Shown here: piece by piece, positions 20,185 to 29,613 of the stretch
How the letters are laid out: every line of letters begins with the position of its first letter
Numbering within the stretch: the stretch's first letter is position 1
Assembly: GCA_964475465.1 (NCBI GenBank)
Contig: CAYYXA010000068.1
Location: 23,811 to 87,810 of the forward strand
Reading direction: 5' to 3'
Source: an uncultured Brevinematales bacterium
GTDB lineage: Bacteria; Spirochaetota; Brevinematia; DTOW01
DNA: 64,000 bases
Notes under the pieces: model-generated
Databases searched by the model: none
The model's input: only the letters and a program-made list of their open reading frames with translations
What the model was told of the DNA's origin: nothing
Position numbers and translations under genes: made by a program

Positions 20185-21110
20185 GGAAGGTAACTTATAA
20201 CTGAAGAAATTTTTTCCAAATCTGGCGGATAAAAGGAAACTCTTCTTCTATTCTTGATAAAGTTCCTTATCTCCGAAAATATATACGATATCTCTTTGAA
20301 CCTAAAGGCAATTAGATAAAAAGGAACCTTTCCCAAGTCTTTTAGCATCTCCAATATAGGTCTCCTAGCTAAGAGATACTTGAATATTGGCTTTGATTGA
20401 TCAAATAAGGAAACATCTATCATTTCTTCTACATCAGCGATCTTGTCAACAAGAATTTGGCCATTAGATACAATCATACAACCACTACTCCAAGCTCTTA
20501 TGCCAAATTCTATTTCGGAAAGTACACTAGGGAGTTCAGCATTATATCCACCTAATGAAAGAAAAAGATTTTTATTGTATACTCCAAGGAATTCGTTAGG
20601 CGTCAGCGTCGCAGGATTTTTCGAACTTTCAACAACCATCCACTCAATTCTATCCTTTGTTACCCCAAACTTAACTAAATTAGCGTATTTCTTACCTCTA
20701 TTTACGATGTACGGAGTCATACAAACTAATGAGGGCTCCCGCATAAAAAATTCCTTTGTTTCATTCAAATTAAACGCAACAAGTCTATAATTAACAGGAA
20801 GAACAAACACAAAACTTGAGCTTGACACCTCCAGAGCAGTATTTACAGCCTTCGGAATAGATATACTCTCATTCGGAATTATTATCCTAGAATAATCAGC
20901 TAACTCTGAAACATCGAAAATCTCGGTTTTATCAGCATCTACATAAATCACCTCTATACTAGAGAGATTACCGAAGAACGATATCAGATCCTGCAATCTA
21001 TTTTTGAAAGCAAACAAGCTTTTTCTACCAAAGTATGCTATAGTAAAAGAGAATTTCTTTGACGGATCCTTTTGAATTCTATTTGTTATATCTAGGTATC
21101 CTTCTAGCAT
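20181..21110 (-). CDS. Divergent glycosyltransferase family 2-like protein
   Basis: Weak GT2 cues: EVIYVD, NTALEVS, VYNKNLFLSLGGYN and EIEFGIRAWSSG. No clear DxD motif. Confidence 0.5.
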   Translation of the reverse strand: MLEGYLDITNRIQKDPSKKFSFTIAYFGRKSLFAFKNRLQDLISFFGNLSSIEVIYVDADKTEIFDVSELADYSRIIIPNESISIPKAVNTALEVSSSSFVFVLPVNYRLVAFNLNETKEFFMREPSLVCMTPYIVNRGKKYANLVKFGVTKDRIEWMVVESSKNPATLTPNEFLGVYNKNLFLSLGGYNAELPSVLSEIEFGIRAWSSGCMIVSNGQILVDKIADVEEMIDVSLFDQSKPIFKYLLARRPILEMLKDLGKVPFYLIAFRFKEISYIFSEIRNFIKNRRRVSFYPPDLEKISSVISYLP

Positions 21111-21146
21111 TAACTCTAATATTTTCGGATACCTAAAACTCTATTT

Positions 21147-22928
21147 TTAACTTTCCTCGACATCAACAGTTATACCTAACTCATCAAGCTGTCTTTTCTG
21201 TAAGAATGAAGGTGCACCACTTAGCAAACATTGAGCTTTCTGTGTCTTAGGGAATGCTATAACATCTCTAATACTCTCCATACCTTGCAATATTGCAACA
21301 AATCTGTCAAGCCCTATAGCAAGCCCACCATGCGGTGGTGCCCCATACTTGAAAGCCTCAAGCAAGAAACCAAACTTCTCACTCGCTTCATCATCAGAAA
21401 GCCCTATCAAATTAAATATCTTCTTCTGTAACTCCCGATTATGTATTCTTATGCTACCACCACCAATCTCAGTACCATTCAAAACTATATCATAACTCTG
21501 AGCTCTAACTTTAAGAGGGTCAGTATCAAGTAAAGGTATATCCTCATACACAGGTGCAGTAAACGGGTGATGTAAAGGATCATACCTATTTTCTTCCTCA
21601 TTCCACTCAACCAATGGGAAATTAACAACCCAACAAAACTTTAAAGTATTATCATTAGGTATAAGATTGAGCTTATTAGCCATTCTAAGCCTTATTTGCC
21701 CTAGTGTATTAGTAGCAATCTCCCATCTATCAGCAACAATTAGCAACAAATTCCCTTCTCTAGCGTTCGTCTTAGCTATTATCTTCTTTCTTATCTCCTC
21801 AGAGAAGAACTTAGTTATGTTAGATTCGAGGTCTCCATTTCTGAGTCTGAACCAAGCAACACCCTTAGCACCAAACTCCTGAACCCAATCCCTAAGGAAA
21901 TCTAATTCGCTCCTCGATACCTCATCACCTCTTTCAACAACTATACACTTAACAACTCCTCCTCTATCCAAAACCTCAGAAAACACCTTAAATTCACACC
22001 CTCTAACTTCTTCAGAAATATCAATTATCTCCATACCAAATCTTAAATCAGGGCTATCCGAACCAAACCTATTCATTGCCTCCTCATACGATAGAACAGG
22101 GAATTTCTCCTCAATCTTGATTCCATAAACTTTGTCAAGAACCCTTTTTATCATACCCTCAACTATACTCATTACTGTATCCATATCAACAAATGACATC
22201 TCTAAGTCAACTTGCGTAAACTCAGGCTGTCTGTCAGCTCTCAAATCTTCATCCCTAAAACACCTAGCAATCTGATAATACCTATCAAAACCCGAAACCA
22301 TTAAAATCTGCTTAAACAATTGCGGTGATTGCGGTAGTGCATAAAATTTCCCTTTATTCAACCTACTAGGTACAACAAAATCTCTGGCTCCCTCAGGGGT
22401 TGATTTTATTAACATCGGAGTTTCTATCTCTATGAAGTTGTGCTCATCCAAATAGTTTCTTATCACTTTCGTTATCTCATATCTCTTTATTATGTTATTC
22501 TTCATCATTTCGGACCTAAGGTCCAAGAATCTATATCTCAACCTCTTATCTTCAGAAACAACTTTAGGATTCTCAAACGGTATAGGTGGAGTCTCTGAAG
22601 TATTCAGAACCTCAAACTCAGTAGCCCATATCTCAACATTACCTGTTTTTATGTTAGGATTGACACTCTCAGCAGGCCTGAGTTTGACAACACCCCTAAC
22701 GGCCAAAACATATTCATCCCTAATTTTTGAAGCACGCTCGTGTAACTCTTTGCTTACCTCAGGGCTAAAAACTACTTGAACTATCCCCCTGATATCCCTC
22801 AAATCTACAAATATAACACCACCGTGATCCCTAACTGACTTAACCCAGCCATTCACAACAACTTCCCTACCAAGATATTTATCAGTTATCTCACCACAAT
22901 AATCAGTTCTGAGCCACTTTGATTCCAT
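21147..22928 (-). CDS. aspS: Aspartate--tRNA ligase (bacterial type with GAD insert)
   Basis: RDHGGVIFVDLRD, RYRFLDLR, STPEGARDF, LPQSPQLFKQ, FRDEDLRADRQPEFTQ and PPHGGLAIGLDR. Confidence 0.97.
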   Translation of the reverse strand: MESKWLRTDYCGEITDKYLGREVVVNGWVKSVRDHGGVIFVDLRDIRGIVQVVFSPEVSKELHERASKIRDEYVLAVRGVVKLRPAESVNPNIKTGNVEIWATEFEVLNTSETPPIPFENPKVVSEDKRLRYRFLDLRSEMMKNNIIKRYEITKVIRNYLDEHNFIEIETPMLIKSTPEGARDFVVPSRLNKGKFYALPQSPQLFKQILMVSGFDRYYQIARCFRDEDLRADRQPEFTQVDLEMSFVDMDTVMSIVEGMIKRVLDKVYGIKIEEKFPVLSYEEAMNRFGSDSPDLRFGMEIIDISEEVRGCEFKVFSEVLDRGGVVKCIVVERGDEVSRSELDFLRDWVQEFGAKGVAWFRLRNGDLESNITKFFSEEIRKKIIAKTNAREGNLLLIVADRWEIATNTLGQIRLRMANKLNLIPNDNTLKFCWVVNFPLVEWNEEENRYDPLHHPFTAPVYEDIPLLDTDPLKVRAQSYDIVLNGTEIGGGSIRIHNRELQKKIFNLIGLSDDEASEKFGFLLEAFKYGAPPHGGLAIGLDRFVAILQGMESIRDVIAFPKTQKAQCLLSGAPSFLQKRQLDELGITVDVEES

Positions 22929-23118
22929 ACTACACCCCTGGACTTTAAGCAGTAATTATAATTAAGAAGACAGAAACTTTTGAACTTAACGAACTCAAGG
23001 ATAAACTAATCATGAGAAGTTCTACTCCATGATTCCATAACTTAAACGAAAAAGTATTTCTAACAAAAGTAGCACAAAGCACTTGAAAATTTTTTACTTC
23101 GTGTGTTAATCTTCTCTC

Positions 23119-24447
23119 ATGACCAGAAAATTCACAAGAATCCTGATAATGATTACTCTAGCATCCGCGTTAAGCGGATGTGATTTTTACTCCCTCTACT
23201 TTCTAAAGAAAACACTTGACAACGACTTCAGCTTCATCGAAAAAACTAAAAACAAATACAAACTAAAAGGTGAAAGCTATTACGACATACCTGTATCTGA
23301 AGAAGAAAAAATAACTCCAGAATTCATAGAAGACAAAATCTCATTACTAGAAACCGAAAAAGACCTATTTCCGCTTAACCAGGAAAAAGTCTCTGAAGTA
23401 TCAAACATGTTTGTTTCAAAAGGAGACAAAATAAATATCTCGCTACCTACTCATACCCAAGGCACATGGATTATAAAAAAATACCCCATCAAAGTTGCTG
23501 AACTAATACCCAATAAAAAACAAGTAAACACATTTTCTTTCTCCATAAACTCAACAGGTGAAGATAATGCAATCTTCCAATTGATAGACAAAAAAGGAAA
23601 CATCATATCAACAATTAATTACAGAATAATTTCTTCTCAAGGCTCAACCAAAGTAGCCACTCCAACCAAAAGAGAAAACTCTCTAAAGATAAGTTCACCT
23701 TCATCAATGGGTAACTCAACCACTAACCAAAATCTCAGTTCACAAACAAACAATTTTGATGTAGTAGATGAAGAGAGAAGTGCTCAAATTACAGAACCTA
23801 TACCACCATCAACACCAGGAAAACTCGATATAAAATCCTTAGTGGGCGACGAGAGAAGATTCTTCGAAAACATTGACAACATAGCTAAGAAGTACGGTTA
23901 CTACAGAGCACTAAAAGAAATTGAAAGTTTAGAAACAAACGTTTCTGAATCAGACCTACCAAAGCTGAAGCTGAAAAAAATAGAATACCTCGAAAAACTC
24001 GGCAAGTATACAGATGCACTGAAAGAAGCAGAATCAATAAGCCTGAAAGAACCTGTTGGTAAACTGTACGTTGGTATATTTCTAGGAACCATGGGTAAAA
24101 ATGAACTTTCAGAGAAAAATATAAAAGAAGCTCTAAACTCTATAACAACACCTCAGGAAATAAAAAGTGCACTGGAAAAAGTTCTAAACTTCTACCTTTC
24201 AAGTGAAGAATTACCAACCAAGGAAATGGTGAATCTCTTACTCCAAAGGAATGAACTCATCCAAAAAGATTTTAAAAAAGACTATTTACTTAACTTGATT
24301 AGCATAGGTAACTTATACGAAAGAGTTGGAGAATTCTACAAGGCAAAATCTTTGTATAATTTCGTTCTAAATAGTGAAGATGAAGAAGCCAAAAGACTAG
24401 CAGAAACAAACATAAGCAAACTCAACAAAATTTTGGACTATAAGTGA
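23119..24447 (+). CDS. Lipoprotein with Ser/Thr/Asn-rich linker and C-terminal TPR-like helices
   Basis: Lipobox LSGC at residue 21, a low-complexity linker and TPR-like segments (LYVGIFLGTMG, IGNLYERVGEFYKAKSLY). Confidence 0.75.
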   Translation: MTRKFTRILIMITLASALSGCDFYSLYFLKKTLDNDFSFIEKTKNKYKLKGESYYDIPVSEEEKITPEFIEDKISLLETEKDLFPLNQEKVSEVSNMFVSKGDKINISLPTHTQGTWIIKKYPIKVAELIPNKKQVNTFSFSINSTGEDNAIFQLIDKKGNIISTINYRIISSQGSTKVATPTKRENSLKISSPSSMGNSTTNQNLSSQTNNFDVVDEERSAQITEPIPPSTPGKLDIKSLVGDERRFFENIDNIAKKYGYYRALKEIESLETNVSESDLPKLKLKKIEYLEKLGKYTDALKEAESISLKEPVGKLYVGIFLGTMGKNELSEKNIKEALNSITTPQEIKSALEKVLNFYLSSEELPTKEMVNLLLQRNELIQKDFKKDYLLNLISIGNLYERVGEFYKAKSLYNFVLNSEDEEAKRLAETNISKLNKILDYK

Positions 24448-24507
24448 TAAACATAATTGAAAAGAATTGTCTTAGTATTTTATAAGTTTTCTAGGTGGGG
24501 GTCAATT

Positions 24508-24999
24508 ATGCTTATAGCAATAATGTCAGATTCTCATGATAACTTAGATAACCTAAAAAAAGCTTTAAAAATAATTGAAGAGCGAAATTGCCAAGTTATA
24601 ATCCATGCAGGTGACTTTGTATCGCCATTTACATGGCGAGTACTAGGCCAATTCAAAGGAGAGATATACGGGGTATTCGGTAATAATGACGGAGACAGAG
24701 TAATGCTAAAGAGGTTCTACGAAGACAGAATCAAAGTCCAGCCCATAGAGGTAAAAGTAGAAAATATCAGAATAGCAGTCATGCACGAGCCAGCATTTAT
24801 AGAGGAATTAGCAAAATCCGGTGGTTTCAATGTAATTGTATATGGTCACACACATCAGCTGGATAATAGAAAGATTGGCAACACTCTAGTAATAAATCCT
24901 GGTGAGCTATGTGGCTGGCTCTACAATGACCCCACTTTCGTAATACTAAATACGGACACACTTAACGTAGAAATAATCCACTTAAAAGAAGTATCTTAA
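24508..24999 (+). CDS. YfcE/MJ0936-family metallophosphoesterase
   Basis: MSDSHDN, HAGDFVSP, GNND, YGHTH and INPGE. Start moved to MLIAIMSD. Confidence 0.92.
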   Translation: MLIAIMSDSHDNLDNLKKALKIIEERNCQVIIHAGDFVSPFTWRVLGQFKGEIYGVFGNNDGDRVMLKRFYEDRIKVQPIEVKVENIRIAVMHEPAFIEELAKSGGFNVIVYGHTHQLDNRKIGNTLVINPGELCGWLYNDPTFVILNTDTLNVEIIHLKEVS

Positions 25000-25110
25000 T
25001 CTTACAAATAAAGAGGGACATATTTCTTCTCGCTCTTTGCGCCAAAACGGAAAATGAGCACTTATCTCACTATAGGAATAGGCTTAGCAATGCTAAGCAC
25101 CCCTGAAGAA

Positions 25111-27660
25111 TCAGTTATGTGTTATATTGAACATTTTGATATCTTTGCTATTTCCCTTGTTTTTTCTTTCTTTCTTAGACAAGCTCAATACCTTCAATCT
25201 CATTTTAACAACATCATCCTCAACATCATAACATGTTACTTTAAGAATTTTATTATCTTTGCCTAAGTTAGATATATCTATCTTCTCTTCAACAACTCTC
25301 TGAGACACAACATCTTCCACATACTTCCTTATGGTCTTCCTCAGAGGTCTAGCACCCATCTTGGGATCAAATCCTTTCTCAGCCAAAAATTCCCTAACTT
25401 TATCAGATATGGATATAGTTATATTGTTATGGACAAGATCTTTATTTATCTCTGCTATCATTTTATCTACTATCCTCTTTATCACATCTTTAGACAATGG
25501 TCTAAACACAACTACTTCATCAAGCCTATTCAAGAACTCAGGACTAAAGTATCTCTTAACTTCATCCAATAACTTCTGCTTCATGTTGTCGTATTCAAAC
25601 ATCTTATCAACTGATTCTTTAGCAAAGCCAAGTGTTCCCTTAGTTGTTATTTCTCTAACTCCTAAGTTAGAAGTCATTATTATCACAGTATTAGAAAAGT
25701 TAACAACGTTGTTGAGACTATCGGTTAACCTACCATCATCCATTACCTGGAGCAGTATATTAAAAACATCTGGATGAGCTTTCTCTATCTCATCAAACAA
25801 TATAACCGAATAAGGTTTCCTCCTTACCGCTTCTGTAAGCTGACCACCTTCCTGATATCCAACGTACCCCGGTGGTGCACCTATAAGCCTAGAGACATTG
25901 AACTTTTCCATGAACTCACTCATATCTATTCTTATTAAGTTATCCTCACTACCAAACAAAAACTCAGCCAAAGCTTTAGCTAACTCTGTCTTACCCACTC
26001 CAGTCGGCCCCAAGAACAAAAACGAACCTATAGGTTTATTTTTAGGTTTAAGCCCTATTCTTGCCCTTCTTATAGCTTTTGAAACTACCTCAACAGCTTC
26101 ATCCTGCCCAATAACTCTCTTCTTAAGCTCTTCTTCCATATTTGCTAGTTTGGATATCTCCATTCCGCCAAGCTTCTGGACAGGGATACCTGTCATCGCT
26201 GAAAGAGTTTCTCTTATATCATCAACAGTAACAGGTATCACAATTGAAGAAGTTGAATCAAGCCATTTATCTCTAAGCATCTCGTACTTACTTCTCAACT
26301 CATTAAGTTCATCTCGATAAATTGCAGCCTCTTCATAACTTTGCCTTGCAACAGCATCTTTTTTTTTATTCTCCAATTCCTCTATTTTGATCTCTAACTC
26401 TAAAAGCTCTTTAGGTTTCGAGAACGCTTTTATTCTAGCTCTAGCACCGCTTTCGTCAATCAAATCTATAGCCTTATCAGGTAGATACCTACCCTGAATA
26501 TACTGTTTAGACAAATAAACCGCCTGTACAAGAGCTTCATCATCATACCTAACTTTATGGAAATCCTCGTATTTCTTTCTCAATCCTTTCAGGATCTCAA
26601 TAGTGACATCAACAGAAGGCTCATCAACAATGACCATCTGGAACCTTCTCTCTAGTGCCTTATCTTTCTCTATAAACTTCCTATAATCATCAAGTGTAGT
26701 AGCTCCAATAAACTGTATATCTCCTCTTGATAATTCTGGCTTGAGGATATTAGCTGCATCTATAGCACCTTCTGCAGCCCCGGCACCTATAACAGTATGA
26801 ATCTCATCAATGAAAACAATAACATCCCCCGAGTTTTTGACTTCGGTTATTATGTTTCTTAACCTATCTTCGAACTCACCCCTGTATTTAGTACCGGCAA
26901 CGATCGCCGGAATGTTCAATTGGATAATCCTCTTGTCAAGCAAATACGCTGGAACCTGCCCCTTAACTATTCTCTGAGCTAACCCCTCAACTATTGATGT
27001 CTTACCTACGCCTGGCAATCCAACAAGAACAGGGTTATTCTTTTTCCTCCTTACAAGAATTTGTATTACCCTTTCTATCTCCACCTCTCTACCTATTACA
27101 GGGTCTAATTTACCTTCTGCTGCCAACTTGCATAAATCTGTACCAAATTCATCCAGAAGAGGAGTTCTAATTTTTTTCCTTGCTTTTTCTTTTTGTTCCT
27201 GAGGCTTGCTGAAAGGAATAACGTTCGACAACCTAGCAACTGTTCTTCTAACTGCATCGGCAGTTATTCCACTGTTTTCCAACATTATAGTAGCTATTCC
27301 TGTATAAGATGAAAGTATAGCTATGAGTATATGCTCAGGACCTATATAATTATGCCCTAGCCTTCTGGCTTCTTCTACCGAAGCATCTAAAACCTTTTTA
27401 ACATTGTGGCTGAATGGCAAAGCCCCCATGCCAAAAGGTCCCGTTGGGTTCCTCATCGCATTCTCCAGATCCAACTTGACCTTCTCGACATCAACCCCTA
27501 ACTCCCTCAAAGCAGCTACGGCTCTATTATCGTTATCCATTATTATACCTATCAGTATGTGCTCAACCTCTATTTTGTCATTCCTTAGCTTTTTAGCACT
27601 CTCCTGAGAATAAATATTCAAAACTTTCTTAGCACTAGGCGTCAATCCTTCTGGAAACAT
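25111..27660 (-). CDS. clpC: ATP-dependent Clp protease ATP-binding subunit ClpC
   Basis: Two Clp-N repeats, NNPVLVGLPGVGKT, IDEIHT, LPDKAIDLIDE, a UVR-like middle domain (AVARQSYEEAAIYRD), GPTGVGKTE and FDEIEKAHPDVFN. Confidence 0.95.
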   Translation of the reverse strand: MFPEGLTPSAKKVLNIYSQESAKKLRNDKIEVEHILIGIIMDNDNRAVAALRELGVDVEKVKLDLENAMRNPTGPFGMGALPFSHNVKKVLDASVEEARRLGHNYIGPEHILIAILSSYTGIATIMLENSGITADAVRRTVARLSNVIPFSKPQEQKEKARKKIRTPLLDEFGTDLCKLAAEGKLDPVIGREVEIERVIQILVRRKKNNPVLVGLPGVGKTSIVEGLAQRIVKGQVPAYLLDKRIIQLNIPAIVAGTKYRGEFEDRLRNIITEVKNSGDVIVFIDEIHTVIGAGAAEGAIDAANILKPELSRGDIQFIGATTLDDYRKFIEKDKALERRFQMVIVDEPSVDVTIEILKGLRKKYEDFHKVRYDDEALVQAVYLSKQYIQGRYLPDKAIDLIDESGARARIKAFSKPKELLELEIKIEELENKKKDAVARQSYEEAAIYRDELNELRSKYEMLRDKWLDSTSSIVIPVTVDDIRETLSAMTGIPVQKLGGMEISKLANMEEELKKRVIGQDEAVEVVSKAIRRARIGLKPKNKPIGSFLFLGPTGVGKTELAKALAEFLFGSEDNLIRIDMSEFMEKFNVSRLIGAPPGYVGYQEGGQLTEAVRRKPYSVILFDEIEKAHPDVFNILLQVMDDGRLTDSLNNVVNFSNTVIIMTSNLGVREITTKGTLGFAKESVDKMFEYDNMKQKLLDEVKRYFSPEFLNRLDEVVVFRPLSKDVIKRIVDKMIAEINKDLVHNNITISISDKVREFLAEKGFDPKMGARPLRKTIRKYVEDVVSQRVVEEKIDISNLGKDNKILKVTCYDVEDDVVKMRLKVLSLSKKERKNKGNSKDIKMFNITHN

Positions 27661-27714
27661 ACCCTTCCTCTAGTTTAAAAATTTAAGAAGACAAAGTACA
27701 AAAATCAAATAAAC

Positions 27715-28137
27715 TTAGACCTTAACTCTTTTTAAAAACTTCACTCTATTCCCATCTTTTAATTCATGGTCATATATTATATCGTCAACAAAGGTAAGTA
27801 TCATAACCAAGCCTCTACCCCTAAAACTTCTGTTATTCACTTCTTTTATTATCTTTTCCTTATCTATTACAAACTTAGGTGCATAATCCCTAATCTCCAC
27901 CTCAATATTAAACTTCTTGCTCTGGTCAAAACTAACATCAACAGCTACCTCTATAACACCATCAGGAGCCCAATGATACCCATGTTCCATTATGTTAAGA
28001 ACGTATTCATGCAAAGCAATTTTTAAATCGTATATTGCCTCACTGGGCACCCTGTTTACTTCAAGAAAACTAACAAAATCATTTTCCAATTCTCTAAGAT
28101 CAGAAAATGTCGAGTAAATTTTTCTTTCAAATCTCAT
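27715..28137 (-). CDS. Anti-sigma factor / Ser kinase (RsbW/SpoIIAB-like HATPase)
   Basis: N-box ALHEYVLNIMEHGY, G1-like IRDYAPKF and G2 box RGRGL. Start set at MRFERK, 1 nt after the STAS stop. Confidence 0.85.
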   Translation of the reverse strand: MRFERKIYSTFSDLRELENDFVSFLEVNRVPSEAIYDLKIALHEYVLNIMEHGYHWAPDGVIEVAVDVSFDQSKKFNIEVEIRDYAPKFVIDKEKIIKEVNNRSFRGRGLVMILTFVDDIIYDHELKDGNRVKFLKRVKV

Positions 28138-28138
28138 C

Positions 28139-28483
28139 TTAGTTTCCTTCAAAAACTTTAAGAGCATCCTCCTCAGTCTCAACAATCACCATAACATCGT
28201 GCAACCTAGAAACATTAAGAGTATATTTAACTTTAGGATTCGTCACTATTACCGCTATCTTATGACCCTTTTGGGAAGCACTATTGCCAGCTATCGATAA
28301 AAGACCTATTCCCATCGAGTCAATATACGTCACATCTCTAAAATCAAATATAAACTTCGATTTACCATCAACTATATATTTCTGAACTACACTTTCGAAA
28401 GGATCTATGTAAAATATACTAAGTTCTCCACTAACTTTTATTTTCACAATATCACCTGGCAAAACCTCAGCGCTAACCTGCAT
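28139..28483 (-). CDS. Anti-anti-sigma factor (STAS domain, RsbV/SpoIIAA-like)
   Basis: VSGEL, FDFRDVTYIDSMGIGLL containing the phospho-acceptor Ser motif; AGGAGG SD before ATG 28483. Confidence 0.9.
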   Translation of the reverse strand: MQVSAEVLPGDIVKIKVSGELSIFYIDPFESVVQKYIVDGKSKFIFDFRDVTYIDSMGIGLLSIAGNSASQKGHKIAVIVTNPKVKYTLNVSRLHDVMVIVETEEDALKVFEGN

Positions 28484-28577
28484 ACGGTTTCCTCCTACAA
28501 CCAATATTTTATAATAACGGAAAACTAGAAACAATATTTTAAAGAAAAGGCTAATAGAAAAGCTTGAACTAAAAACT

Positions 28578-28604
28578 CAAAGTTATTCAGAATTGTACCG
28601 ATAA
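28578..28604 (+). promoter_or_regulatory. Sigma28 (FliA)-type promoter of flgM
   Basis: CAAAGTTA-N11-ACCGATAA versus consensus TAAAGTTT-N11-GCCGATAA, with exact spacing, 19 nt upstream of the flgM ATG. Confidence 0.75.
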
Positions 28605-28623
28605 TATTGTCAAGAGGTGTCTT

Positions 28624-28956
28624 ATGGTTATAAGAGGAGTAGGAGGCCCAGAACCAATAAAGCCTAATAAAGATCAAGAGATCAGAAAACTTCACCAAAA
28701 AGGTTTCAACAAACCTATAGAAGATGAAGTCTCTATTTCCGAAAGCGCCAAAAATGTTTTTCAAAAAAACCTAGAAAAGGAAACAGCCCTAAACATCATA
28801 AAAAACACCCCCGAAATCAGGCCAGAAGCAATACAAAGAGGGAAAGAGTTTATTGAATCAGGCAGGTACAAAAGCGAAGAAGCAATAAACAAAGTAGCCC
28901 AGAAAATTTCCGAAGAAATAATAGCAAAACTTATTGTAGACGAGGAGGATAAGTAA
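28624..28956 (+). CDS. flgM: Flagellar anti-sigma28 factor FlgM
   Basis: DEVSISESAK and PEIRPEAIQRGKEFIESGRY match the FlgM C-terminal pattern; sigma28-like promoter and GAGGTG SD upstream. Confidence 0.8.
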   Translation: MVIRGVGGPEPIKPNKDQEIRKLHQKGFNKPIEDEVSISESAKNVFQKNLEKETALNIIKNTPEIRPEAIQRGKEFIESGRYKSEEAINKVAQKISEEIIAKLIVDEEDK

Positions 28957-29424
28957 CTACCCTCCTATTAACCTCTGATGCTCTATCTTGATACACTTAT
29001 CTTGAACAAAGAAAATCCCATTCTTCTCCGCTAACTCTTTGGCTTCGTCATTCACTATTCCTAGCTGTAACCATATACACTTAGGTTTAAGCTTTATAGC
29101 TTCCTCAACTACAGGTAGAACCTCTGATGACTTTCTAAATATATCAACTACATCAACTCTCTCAGGTATAGAAGATAACGAAGGATAACTCTTTTCACCA
29201 AGTATCTCATCGTGTCCAGGATTCACAGGTATTATCTTATAACCTTTTTCTTTCAAATACCTAGCAACCATGTTACTAGGTCTATCCTCTTTAGGTGATA
29301 AACCTACTATAGCTATCACTTTAACACTCTTTAAAAGCTCTTTAATCTCATCATCCAACTTGGTATTCGTTATCTTTACAGAGAATATATCACCACTATC
29401 ACTAACTTTACACTGATCAGCCAT
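28957..29424 (-). CDS. CoA-binding protein (YccU family)
   Basis: IAIVGLSPKEDRPS, IIPVNP, VDVVDIFR, IWLQLGI and QDKCIKIEH. Confidence 0.93.
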   Translation of the reverse strand: MADQCKVSDSGDIFSVKITNTKLDDEIKELLKSVKVIAIVGLSPKEDRPSNMVARYLKEKGYKIIPVNPGHDEILGEKSYPSLSSIPERVDVVDIFRKSSEVLPVVEEAIKLKPKCIWLQLGIVNDEAKELAEKNGIFFVQDKCIKIEHQRLIGG

Positions 29425-29613
29425 AAAACCCCCATAAAACAAAAACTAATAAAAGTTTACCAAATTAGTAGAGAAAAATTCAACTCATAATAATAATCAT
29501 TGTTAGAATAATTGCAACTCCAAACCTTGAGTAAATAGCAATCATAACCAACCACAAAATTACATTTTATAGATGTTGAAAAAGAAAACTAGACCCTCTG
29601 AGAATTATTCAAT

